A stretch of DNA of 64,000 bases from positions 69,378,001-69,442,000 of the forward strand of contig CM060733.1 in assembly GCA_030704615.1 (NCBI GenBank), given 5' to 3'. The stretch comes from Takakia lepidozioides (lineage: Eukaryota; Plantae; Bryophyta). Shown here piece by piece: positions 10,435 through 21,510 of this stretch. Within the stretch, counting starts at the first letter, position 1; each line of letters starts with the position of its first letter. A program made the translations under genes and the position numbers. Under the pieces are notes generated by a model that saw only the letters and a list, made by a program, of their open reading frames with translations, searched no databases and had not been told where the DNA came from.

Positions 10435-12330
10435 CCTGGCGTGGAGGACACCAAGTCCTCCAAGGACATGTCCTGCAGGAGGCAATGCATGGAAATGTGA
10501 GGAATGAAAGGAAATGGAAGAGGATCTGCAAGTGACAATCCAACAACCCCAAATGAACAGGCATGATGCAAAGTGAAATTTGTGTTTCTGGGATTGAAGA
10601 GGCTTACCGTCGTCATGAAAGCTCCCCACTGTCTGTACCTGAAGTGCCAGAAAACCAACCAGTCCTCCAACTCCTTCAGGTGGATACCAGTAGCAGCACT
10701 AGAGGAGAACCACCAAGCCCGGATTGCTTGGTAAGTGCTCTCAGCTTCTCCCATTGAGGTGGCATTTTTGTACTTGAGGCAGAGCCTTCTGTGCTCCAAC
10801 TGAATGTCAGGGCGAATGCAGCGCTTTGTATGACGTGCCAGAGATTGACTCCAATGGAAGAGGCATGTGCGCTCCCTATTTTCCATTGGGACCTTAGGAT
10901 CCCCCGAACCAAACACACGCCGCACTGCATTGAAATTTGTCTGTGCACTATCAGCCATGAAGCCCGCAAAATTTGTGTTCTATATTCCATTGCGCTGCAT
11001 GACGGCCAGGAGCAAATTCCACATGAGCATCTGGGATTCAGTGTCCTCCGACTACATATCACAAATTGTTATGGAGAGCACACGTTGGTACGCTGGATCG
11101 TACACATGGCACGCCATGGTTGTCCAACCCTTCACCCGTTTGCAGTGATCAAACATTAACCAACATTTTGCCAAATCTCCTCCAGGTTGCATTCGGTGGA
11201 CAATGCTCACACCACTGCCTTCGCCCACTGTGGACATCTTCAACAAATACACCTTGGACGAGCCCTGGCCAGGGAAGATACTGTTTTGAATGAATTCATA
11301 GCGACTCCTCCGTTTGAGGTCCATAATGTTGTCCTTGAATCCAGCCGTGCCTGTGCCCATTCTGAGTGCATTCACCTGGTTTCGAATATTGTGAGAACTC
11401 AACACGGAGAAATGGTCCATCACTGCCTCAAGCGAATCTGCATCCAGCATTGGTTGTGTCGCATCCCCTTCACCCAGTATGTGTTTTTCCAGGAATGCCT
11501 TGCTAGCTGCAAGCGCTATAGCAGAAGGTGTTGCAGAAGGGGCATTGTGGAACTCCTGCTTTAGCAAATTTCTAGCGATGTCCACGCTATCCCTGCAACT
11601 TTCTTTGGACACAAGATGCTCGTGTGTACCCATATGAATGCAGGCACGAGACATTGTCTTGCATCGGTGTGCCACCTGGTACATACGAGCGTGGCACACA
11701 GAAACACAAGACGGGGAAAGTTTGCAGAACCTGCACACAAAAGTATTGGTCTTGGGAGGGGTAAGCCCTGGGGTGAAAGGATTCAGGGGCACACCTTCCC
11801 ACTCATTTTCGTTTGGTTTAGCGCTGTTTCTCAGGCGAGGGCAAGAAATATTCACGCACTTATAATGCCCAACGCAGACTGACCTTCAAAATTTCAATCC
11901 AATGTCGTTGTGGATGTTCGACGTTTTTGTCCTGCACCAAGGGTGTCCGTCATGTTTCTTGTCCATGCCCTGCAGAAGCCCAGCTAGTCCACTGGAAGAC
12001 GTGGGAGGGTTGAGCTCAAACAAGATGTCCCCATCAAACTCTGCTGGCACGAATTGAACCCGCTGCACACGAAGGGACTCCCAATCAACAAAACGCAGCT
12101 CGCTCTTGCACCCAGGCACCCATGCGAGGGCTTTCAATTTCGGAATGACACTCGTTATCTCCTGCAACTCGTCATCATCCAAGAATGCAGTCTGCATTGC
12201 CTGCATTGGAATGAAATCGAGCGAGTCTATCTCGCTCCCTGGACAGTTTTCGTACACTGACAGAAAGTTGCGATTCACAGAGGAATCCCCGAACTGATAG
12301 CCCGTAATTCTCGAAAGGGGATCCTCCCCA
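10435..12330 (-). pseudogene. Mutator-like (MULE) transposase, copy 1 (nonsense mutations, 3'-truncated)
   Basis: Zn module CVGHYKCVNISC...CRFC..C...C...IHMGTHEH. Core MFDHCKRVKGWTTMACHVYD and GFMADSAQTNFNAVRRVF...RTCLFHW match the MULE D...D-x-CxxH pattern. In-frame stops at 11886, 11052 and about 10980; intron about 10477-10606. 5' boundary approximate. Confidence 0.8.
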
Positions 12331-13106
12331 AACAAACTGAGGTAAAAAAGGGTAGCACTGACCCAAAGACTGTGGGCGATGCATGCAAAGGATGTAGGAA
12401 TGACATGCACCGAACTTCGCAGACAGCCACACTGAGAGACACCAACCAGAAAAACTGTTTTCTAAGACAAGAAGCCACAAGAAGCCGTGCTGTATTTGGA
12501 TGAAAAACAAACCCTAAACATGACATAAAATCATCCATTATGGAAAGACGGCAACAACCCTGGAGAGCAGTAAAGATGAAGACCCCGAATCAGAGGTTGT
12601 GCTGTGCCAGAAGAGCACATCACAAACACTGACACTCCGGGAGACACCTCGCATGAGTGTGTGCAACACATGACCATTGCCGACACAACCCTTTATACCG
12701 AATGACCCCATTGCGACAGTGACGACGAAATGCAAACCGCAGGGTAGGCAGTACAACACACGTGGACGCATATGTGAAGCATAACAATTATTGCGAATCT
12801 GCAAGTACTGCTCGAAATTGAACTAGCATTAGATTTCTACGGCACTTCCAAATTTCAGAAGGCTGTCATGTATTGGCAGGCGGCGAAGTACATCTGACAT
12901 ATATCACAAGTACATGCAACGTATCTACTTTTTTTCCACCACTTTATTTCTTGGATAATACAAAGACGCCGAAATGGATGAATTCTGTTCGCACACAATG
13001 ATGACACCCGCATCCAAATACGGTTAACAATGTCCAATTTTTACTTTGGTTACATACCATAGCAACGCTTGTTGCAAACGTCAAACTGGAGAGCTCCAGA
13101 GGCAGC

Positions 13107-13469
13107 GTGGGGAGCCCTTGTTTCAACCGGAGGAGGAAGATAAGGAAGTCGTTATACTTCACGAGCACTAGGGACAGGAATAGAGCCAGATATAGAATGA
13201 GGATGGAAAGAGTAGACGAAGAGGAAAAGGAGGAAGAAGAGGGCAAAGAGGAAAGTCTGACGATGGAAGAGCAGGAATCTGGAGAAGAACAGCAGCCCGC
13301 CATACTTCCAAGAACAGGTGAGGAGGAGACTGAATCCGAGGGAGAGATGGACGCCGAAGATGATATTGAGGCTGGCCTCAGGAAGAACCAAATAGTGGAA
13401 AAGAGGATGGGGGAGATGCTCCGAAGCGCAAAGGGTCTCCGGCGATTGGTGTTGTGGTGGGAAAGTTAA
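13107..13469 (+). other. Short basic-then-acidic (Glu-rich) ORF of unknown status
   Basis: 120-codon ORF with EEEKEEEEGKEES tracts; no recognisable domain. Confidence 0.25.
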
Positions 13470-13559
13470 CAGAGAAGACCTTTGTGCTTCATTGGTGATG
13501 TGAACCCCAGTTGTGCTTGTATTTTGATATGAAAACCGCCTATACACGGCATCTTTGGC

Positions 13560-16100
13560 AGGTTGAATCCACCCCGAATTGGAAGCTCAAACAGTGTGCA
13601 GCAACGCACACTGTTTGAGCCGATGTGCAAAACGGCCACATAGGGCCACTATGGCAGGTTCAATCCACCCCGAATTGGAAGCTCAAACAGTGTGCAGCAC
13701 CGCACACTACTTGAGTCCCCCATTTTGCTTGTTTTTTTCATGTTCAACACGGCCACATAGGGCCACTACTGCAGGTTGAATCCACCCCAAAATTGGAAGC
13801 TCAAACAGTGTGCGGCACCGCACACTGTTTGAGCCCCCCATTTTGCTTGTTTTTTGATGTTCAAAACGGCCACATAGGGCCACTATGGCAGGTTCAATCC
13901 ACCCCAAATTGGAAGCTCAAATAATGTGCGGCACCGCACACTGTTTGAGCCCCCCATTTTGCTTGTTTTTTGATGTTCAAAACGGCCACATAGGGCCACT
14001 ATGGCAGGTTCAATCCACCCCGAATTGGAAGCTCAAACAGTGTGCGTCAACGCACACTGTTTGAGCCCCCCTTGTGCCTTGTTTTTTGGTGTGGAAATGG
14101 TGCACACAGGGGCCTCTCTATCTGGTTCAATCCACCCCTAATTCGAAGCTCAAACAGTGTGCGCCAACGCACACTGTTCAAGCCCCCTTTCTCACTGTTT
14201 TTTTCATAATAAAATTGTCCAGACAGGGTATCTCTATGAGGTTCAATCAACAATTTCCTGGCAGCTCCAGCAGTGTGCGTCAACGCACACTGTTTGAGCC
14301 CACCTTGTCATTGTTTTTTTCATGTGAAAATCGGCCACATAGGGCCAGTCTTGCAGGTTCAATGCACACTTACCTGGCAGCTCAAATAGTGTGCGTCAAC
14401 GCACACTGTTTGAGCCCACCTTGTCATTGTTTTTTTCATGTGAAAATCGGCCACATAGGGCCAGTCTTGCAGGTTCAATGCACACTTACCTGGCAGCTCA
14501 AACAGTGTGCGTCAACGCACACTTTGAGCCCACCTTGTCATTGTTTTTTTCATGTGAAAATCGGCCACATAGGGCCAGTCTTGCAAGTTCAATGCACACT
14601 TACCTGGTAGCTCAAACAGTGTGCCTCAACGCACACTCTTTGAGCCCACCTTGTCATTGTTTTTTTCATGTGAAATCGGCCACATAGGGCCAGTCTTGCT
14701 GGTTCAATGCACACTTACCTGGTAGCTCAAACAGTGTGCGTCAACGCACACAGTTTGAGCCCACCTTGTCATTGTTTTTTTCATGTGAAAATCGGCCACA
14801 TAGGGCCACTCAGGCAGGTTCACTCCACCCCGAATTGGAAGCTCAAGCAGTGTGCGGCACCGCACACTGTTTGAGCCCCCCATTTTGCTTGTTTTTTCAT
14901 GTTCAAAACGGCCACATAGGGCCACTCTGGCAGGTTCAATCCACCCGGAATTGGAAGCTCAAACAGTGTGCGCCAACGCACACTGTTTGAGCCCCCCTTG
15001 TGCCTTGTTTTTTTGGTGTGGAAATGGTGCACACAGGGGCCTCTCTGTCTGGTTCAATCCACCCCTAAATCAAAGCTCAAACAGTGTGCGCCAACGCACA
15101 CTGTTTGAGCCCCCCTTCTCTTTGTTTTTTTCATAATAAAATCGTCCAGACAGGGTAACTCTGTGAGGTTCAATCCACACTAACCTGGCAGCTCAAACAG
15201 TGTATGTCAACGCACACTGTTTGAGCCCCCCTTGTAATTGTTTCTTGAATGTGAAAATCGTGCACACAGTCGCCTCTCTCTAAGGTTCATTCCACCCCTT
15301 TTTGGAAGCTCAAACAGTGTGTGGCATTGCACACTGTTTGAGCCCACACTTGACATTATTTTTTCATTTTAGAATCGACCACAAAGGTCATCTCTGTCAG
15401 GTTCAATTCACACTTACCTGGCAGCCCAAACAGTGTGCATCAACACACACTGTTTGAGCCCCCTGATTTGCTTGTTTTTGACATGAAAATTGTGCACCTA
15501 GGGCCAGTCTGGCACGTTGAATCCACCCCGAAATGGAAGCTCAAACAGTGTGCGGCAACGCACACTATTTGAGCCCCCTTCACTGACTTTTCTTTTATTT
15601 CAAAATCGGCCACTCATGGCCACTATGCCATGTTAAAATCACCCCTTATTGCAAGCTCAAACAGTGTGCGTTGCTGCACACTGTTTGAGCCCCCTCTCTG
15701 CTTGTTTTTTGTTGTGAAAATCGGGCACCTAGGGCCACTTTGGCAGGTTGAAACGAACCCTTATTGGAAGCTCAAAGAGTGTGCGGCAACGCACACTGTT
15801 TGAGCCCCCTCTCTACTTGTTTTTTTTTATGTGAAATTGGGCCAAACAGGGCCTGTATGCGTGCTCAAAACACCCATAGTTGGTAGCACGAAGAGTGTGC
15901 GGCAACGCACACTGTTTGTGCCCCCTTTTTGGCCCCCTCTCTGCCTGTTTGTTTTTTGGAAATGTGCCACATAGGGCCAAATATCATGTTCGAAACACCA
16001 TTATTTGGAAGCTGAAACATTGTGCGGCAACGCACAGTATTTTTGGCCCCCACACTGCTTGTTTTCTGATGAGAAATTGGGCCACATAGGTCCTGTCTGC
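13560..16100. repeat. Tandem array of about 22 units of ~116 bp, each with a 36-bp palindrome GCTCAAACAGTGTGCG-GCAC-CGCACACTGTTTGAGC
   Basis: Palindromes start at 13585, 13681, 13799, 13915, 14031, 14148, 14264, 14380, 14496, 14610, 14724, 14841, 14957, 15074, 15191 and onward to about 16010. Units degenerate toward the 3' end. Confidence 0.95.
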
Positions 16101-16164
16101 CATGCTCAAAACACCATCGTTTCATGCCTCTCTCTTATATCAATTTGAATGAACAACTCTGCAG

Positions 16165-19100
16165 GAGAAGATGCAAAGTGTGGCGGATGAGATCCCTTCG
16201 GGGCAGGGGAAGGAGATCATTGTTGATGTGGACGATGAGTTCTATGAAAGCAAAGCTGCTGAGATGCTGGGGGGTCAGAAGGTAAACTCTCAACTTGTGG
16301 TGCAAAATATGTTTGCCTCGGGTGGGAGGTTGAAGATTCCCCTGTGTAGATTGGTTTCCATGCCCGTCGTTCGTCCACCCCTCATCAAGGACATCCTGAA
16401 GTTGGAGGCCGAGTTTGTTCATGGGTATTTGGATGGATCCGCAGTCTTTTACGTTTCTACAAAGGATTCCAGAGGCAATGAGCTCCTTGTGGATGAGTCA
16501 ATCGTGGACTCCTAGGATCCCATTTGGAGACAGGTGAACGAATCCTTCGAACTTCTTCTCTCCAGGAAACCTTCCACCCAGGCATTCTCAGGGAAGATGT
16601 TTCACGTTTGGGATGGCAACCATCGGTTGCTTGCATGGATGGCTGTCATTGGGAGGCTGTACTCACAGGAGGAAGAGTGGCATTACTCTGTTCGATGGAT
16701 GGTGCTGGATTGTGACGGGAACATGATGGGTCTTCTGACGGCAATGAATGATGTGAACAGGTTGGTTTCTCATTCTACATGTTCCACTTGTGGTTCCATG
16801 GTTCTTTGGTTCCAGTCCTCTGTTGACGGTCCTTGAATTTCATTCTGACTTTCACACATCATTCTGCAGAGGGACGGAGACATCGCATGTCAAAATGAGT
16901 CTGGTTCACACACTGTACAGGATACAAAAGATCGGGCAGATGCCCTTGACCAACTTCAAGACCATCCTTTCAGCAGAGACGTACAAGAAGTGCGAAAGCT
17001 CTAAGACATCGGAAACGTGGTACTCGTTGATCCGTGAGGCTTTCATGGAGTATATGTACGCGGCGAGATACATCTTCCATCATCTCGCCTTTCGATATTC
17101 CTGCTTCCACATGTTGTTTCTGTTTGTTTCCCTTGCCCTTGGGTTGATGCAACTCTCGTGCATTCCCTTGCAGCAAGACATTGCACATGCAGGAGAGCAT
17201 GGCAAACTGGAATACTACAGCTCTACCCCTGAGGAGAGAAGGACAACAAAGGGTGTTGAGAGTCACATCCAGAAAGAGATGACCGCCACAAGAAGGACTA
17301 TTATGAGTGCTTTTGTGAAACAACTGAGAATTGCAGACCCAACCTTCGGACCAGAGTTCCTTCAAGAGGTGAAAACCCATTACAACAAGCCAAGCAAGTC
17401 GGAGATGGCCCAGGAGAAGTTACACAGGATGTCTACTGCCATTGTGTCTTCATAACAGAAGGTGAAGTGGCTACAGATATGGAACTCCGATCCCACTGTT
17501 AGGGATACCCACATGTTCCCCAGGCCGGAGAAAGAGAAGAAGACCCAGCGTGTCATTCCTGTCACTGACAATGTGCTGGACACATGGCTTCACAAGGCCA
17601 CTTACTGGAGCCAGGTATGATGTCCTTTGCTGTGTCACTTTCTTTTTGCTTTTTCTGTCATTCTTTTTCCATGTTACATTGGTTGTGATTGTTTTTGTGT
17701 TCATTCTTGCTTCTGTATTGATCTGCAATTGGAGGAAACGGCCCAGTCGGTTTTACATACGCAGCTGGCTGACTATGGGATCACCATGACAGAATCGAAG
17801 GTCTCCTTCCAAGCATACATGAGGAAATGGAGAGCCACAGTGTGGCAATCTTGTTTCTTCAGAGAGTTCAGCAAGGATGCTGGCATCAGTCGAACAAATG
17901 AGCTTGACCAGCAAGAGAAATGAGAGGAAGCCTGGAAACGATGCCTTTTCAGATGCGAAATGGACTGTGCTTCTTTGTTTTGCATAGACACAATCTCCTC
18001 CATCCAACCTGTTTTTGGCTGGCTCATATGAGTTTGTGGTGGAGTGTAATGTGTCGCATACTCTTTTAGGGGGTCTTCGTGATGGGGTGGAAAAGCTGGG
18101 AGACAATATTTGCATTGCATAATGAGGTTGTCTCTGTTCCTGCAGGTACATAAAGTATGTTCTCATGGCATAGAACTGCTTGGACAAACATCGTGATTTC
18201 GTGGACCTTTGGCTTGTCCCTACTGGCAACCAGACCATGTTTACTACGGGGATCTTGCATGACTGGGGCCCAGACCATCTTTCTGCTTGTGGTTGGTATT
18301 TGGATTGCCCTGCTTCAGAGACCCCAACTCAAGAGGTGTCTTTGAGTTCTCGAGCGTATAGCAGCTACCGCCGCAGCAGCCGACCTCGCATTCATGAGAG
18401 AAATTTGAGGACTCTTGCAGAGAAGGAGCCTCCCGCTCAGGATACACCGGGTAAAGGTAGAAAGGCAAAGGGAAAGGATGTTGCTGGTGGTGTGGGGAAA
18501 GGAAGGGGTAGGGGGAAGGGGGCACAAGGGCAGGTAGGTGGGCAGGGAAGTGTTGCAGATACTGGCCCTCTGGTGGTTGTCCAGCAGACTCCACCGCATG
18601 GTAGGGGATCCGGGAGAAAGAACAAGGGGGTGGTTGATCCCAAGGACCCATACCATGCAGTGGAGCATCCCACGAGGGTCATTCGCCCTATCAGGTTGGA
18701 GATGGCCAACATCGGGTTCCTTGCCATGATGGAGTCCAAGAAATCTGATTACAAGGGCGAACCATCACCAGTGTGGGAGAGGATTGTGGAGTTCCTCGGC
18801 ACGGTGCGTGTTGTCTTTTGCTTCTTGTCTGTTGTGTGCATGGATCGTTTCAATCCACTTGAGCATTCCATTGCATGCTTGTTTGCAGGCTAAAATGACC
18901 AAATCCTGGGTGAACGGGAAGGAGAAGCCATATGCAGCCGAACTCATCATCTTGGACATCCCTGATGGGTTGCCAGTCCCGGATGTCCCTCCATCGGGTG
19001 CTTGTCCAGGTTGGAATGCTTTTGATGAGCGCTACTGGCGGTGGATTTTCTCCTTTTGCAATTTCTTTCTGTCCGATGCAGGTGTTTTGGTGCTCATCCA

Positions 19101-20320
19101 GTCCATCGACCTTCGCTGTCGCCGTGCACTTGCCAGCTATTTGAAAGCCTCCGGCATGAGGGTTGTGAAGACATGGAATTGTGTGAACAGCATGTACCTG
19201 ACGAAGGGGGATCGTCCCGGAGAGATGGTAAATCTACCTTCTTATTCCTCTTATTGGTGGTTCTCGGATGGAGTTGCATAAGTCGCTCAAATGAATATGT
19301 AGGGGCCTGGTTTTCAAGCTTCTTAGTTCTTTGTGTATGTCCTGTTCGCATACTCGTTTGTTTGAAGCTGTTTGTCTCGTCCGAGTGCATCCACCTACGA
19401 CTCCAGCCGTCATTAGGGAGTTCGCCATCAGTCATGGGGGCAAGTTCATAGACGAGAGGACAGATCCTCCCACGGATGACATGCACCACAACTGAGAGGA
19501 ACGCAACGTGTGCTTGCGAAGGGGGAATGGGGTTCCTTGGAGAGGGGCCAGGGGGAGCCCGGCTTTCATTCAGACGATTGTGGAGTGCTGCACCTACACA
19601 GACACCAGAGTTCTGGATTTGTCAATGGGCACAGGTTTGTCTCTTCAACATTCACATTTCGTGAGGTTTGTTTGACCTTGCACTTTCAGCTCTTCCCACC
19701 GTTCCAAATGTGTCTTCAATGTCTGTTTCCTTCATTGTATTCCACTGCAGGTGCCTCGTACCACGCTTGTAAGGCCAGTGCGCGACATCTCCTTGGGATT
19801 GAAGGGGATGCCGAGATTTACAAGAACCTCTTGATGGGTTTGGGTGGACCCACTTCTCAAGTCCTTCCAAAGCCCCTACCTGCTGATATTGATACAGGGG
19901 AGACTTCCGACAAGGAGCTGGATGACGACTTTGCCTATGAGTAAGTTCAACCTGTGGATGCTTGCATTGTTGTTTCAATACCCAGAATCACTGTTCTTAA
20001 GACAAAGTGCACATGGGAGATATCCTCTTTGTTGGACTTGTGCATTGCATCATTGTGTTCAAAATGTCTTTGTCCACTTGTGCAGGAGTCCGCGTGCTTC
20101 CACTGACCCTCTATCACACCTTTTTGGACTTCTTTCAAGTCCTCCTCAATCTTACGTCCTACCTGTCTATGCGGAGGCACTCGCAGCAAGCATGTCCATT
20201 CATGGCACTCGCACTCCAACCATCGACGGCCGTGGTAGAAGACGTGGTGTTGGGGCCGGAATCTTTGTGGATGACATAGCACAGGAGGTCGATACTGATT
20301 CTGATGATTGTAACACTTGA
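16165..20320 (+). pseudogene. ParB/Srx-like + beta-class DNA methyltransferase fusion gene, copy 3
   Basis: LKIPLCRLVSMPVVRP, WDGNHRLLAW (about 16610-16640), IADPTFGPEFLQEVKTHY, WGPDHLSACGWYLD, ELIILDIPDGLPV (about 18940-18978), PAFIQTIVECCTYTDTRVLDLSMGT|GASYHACKASARHLLGIEGD (about 19559-19810), last exon about 20086-20320. Stops at 16513, 17453 and 17921. Confidence 0.82.
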
Positions 20321-21269
20321 TATGAAGTTTTCTTTTGCTTTCATTCGGGGCCAATTTTGAAATGGGATGGTTGTGTGTCCTTGTTGTCATGTTTGCAATG
20401 TGTGCGTGGGATGCAAATTCATGGGAACAAACTATCGTTGGAGATGGGGGTCGCATGGACTGCCCGGATTGTTCCTTCAATCTATTTAGTGTTTTGCGGA
20501 GCTCACAAGCTTGTGTGCATTGCAAAAACAAACAAACGTCTTTGGTTTGGGTAGAGCATTCTCGCATCATTTGCTCGTTGGTCTCCAAACCATTCCTGCT
20601 AGAAGAATGCTTGGTAAACCCATCATGATAAAGTCCACGTGATCAAAGAGCGTTCAGGCATTCTCAATTCTGGTGAGCATCTATAATGCTCCCACACATA
20701 CCTGGCATGTTCGCAAGGGTGGTGAGTAAGAAAAGATTTCGCAGGGATCCGCTTTGGATGATGTGAGTGTGCACCTGCTCACGACGTAGGCACATTCCAA
20801 TGCAGGGGCTTGGTATGTTGATAACGTCTAAATGGATGCAATGGATAGAAATGATGGATACAATGGAAGTAACACATCCAGTCTGCATTCCCTGGAAATG
20901 GTTGATCAACCCGCGGTAATAGGTGACACCCGCGGAAATAGGCCCTGTATGCATGCTGACGTGGCGTGAGCATGGGCTCACAGAATAGCACCCCCCAGAC
21001 TGCAGGTGTTTGTCTTTGTATTATTTTTCAAATGAGTGATGGTGGGGTGTTGTGCAGTGTGTTTACTCCTCTTCTCATATGAGCTTCACCGTCGGTTGCA
21101 CTCAAGTGACGACTCCTCTCACATCTCAGTCGTGGACGGTCTCCTCAGACCCACTCCTCAACTTTATCAGATTGAGTGCTTAATGTTGCATTTTTATCAA
21201 CAGTGCTGTAGATCCAGGGGCAGTGAATACTGACATTTTGCGGGAAGTGCCTGTTTGGCTTGCAAAGCT

Positions 21270-21510
21270 GAGCAATGTTATTCGCATGAGGTGTGACACC
21301 CAACATTATTACATTCATTTCTGTTCTCAATGCTTGTGCCAGCCTAGGAGCCCTGGAAAAAGGTACAGAGGTCCATGAGCTGACATCATTCTGGAGACTG
21401 CCCTTGTCGATATGTATGCCAAGTATGGGAGCTTGAACGATGCCAGACAAGTTTTTGACAAAACGTCTCAACGAAATGTGGTCTCATGGAGTGCGATGAT
21501 GGAGGCTTTT
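21270..21510 (+). pseudogene. PLS-class pentatricopeptide repeat (PPR) gene fragment
   Basis: Translates as GVTPNIITFISVLNACASLGALEKGTEVH..DIILETALVDMYAKYGSLNDARQVFDKTSQRNVVSWSAMM, with an internal deletion. Confidence 0.8.

Noticed and set aside
13579-16125. Repetitive ORFs across the 116-bp array (also 4861-5603 and the repeat part of 53284-54240)
   Set aside because: These are translations of tandem or palindromic DNA in several frames on both strands; unit lengths are mostly not multiples of 3.
1-20320. Bacterial or prophage contamination explaining ParB and methylase
   Set aside because: The genes have conserved GT-AG introns, eukaryote-like low-complexity regions and stop codons consistent with C-to-T decay, and they are interleaved with plant MULE, PPR and gypsy sequence.
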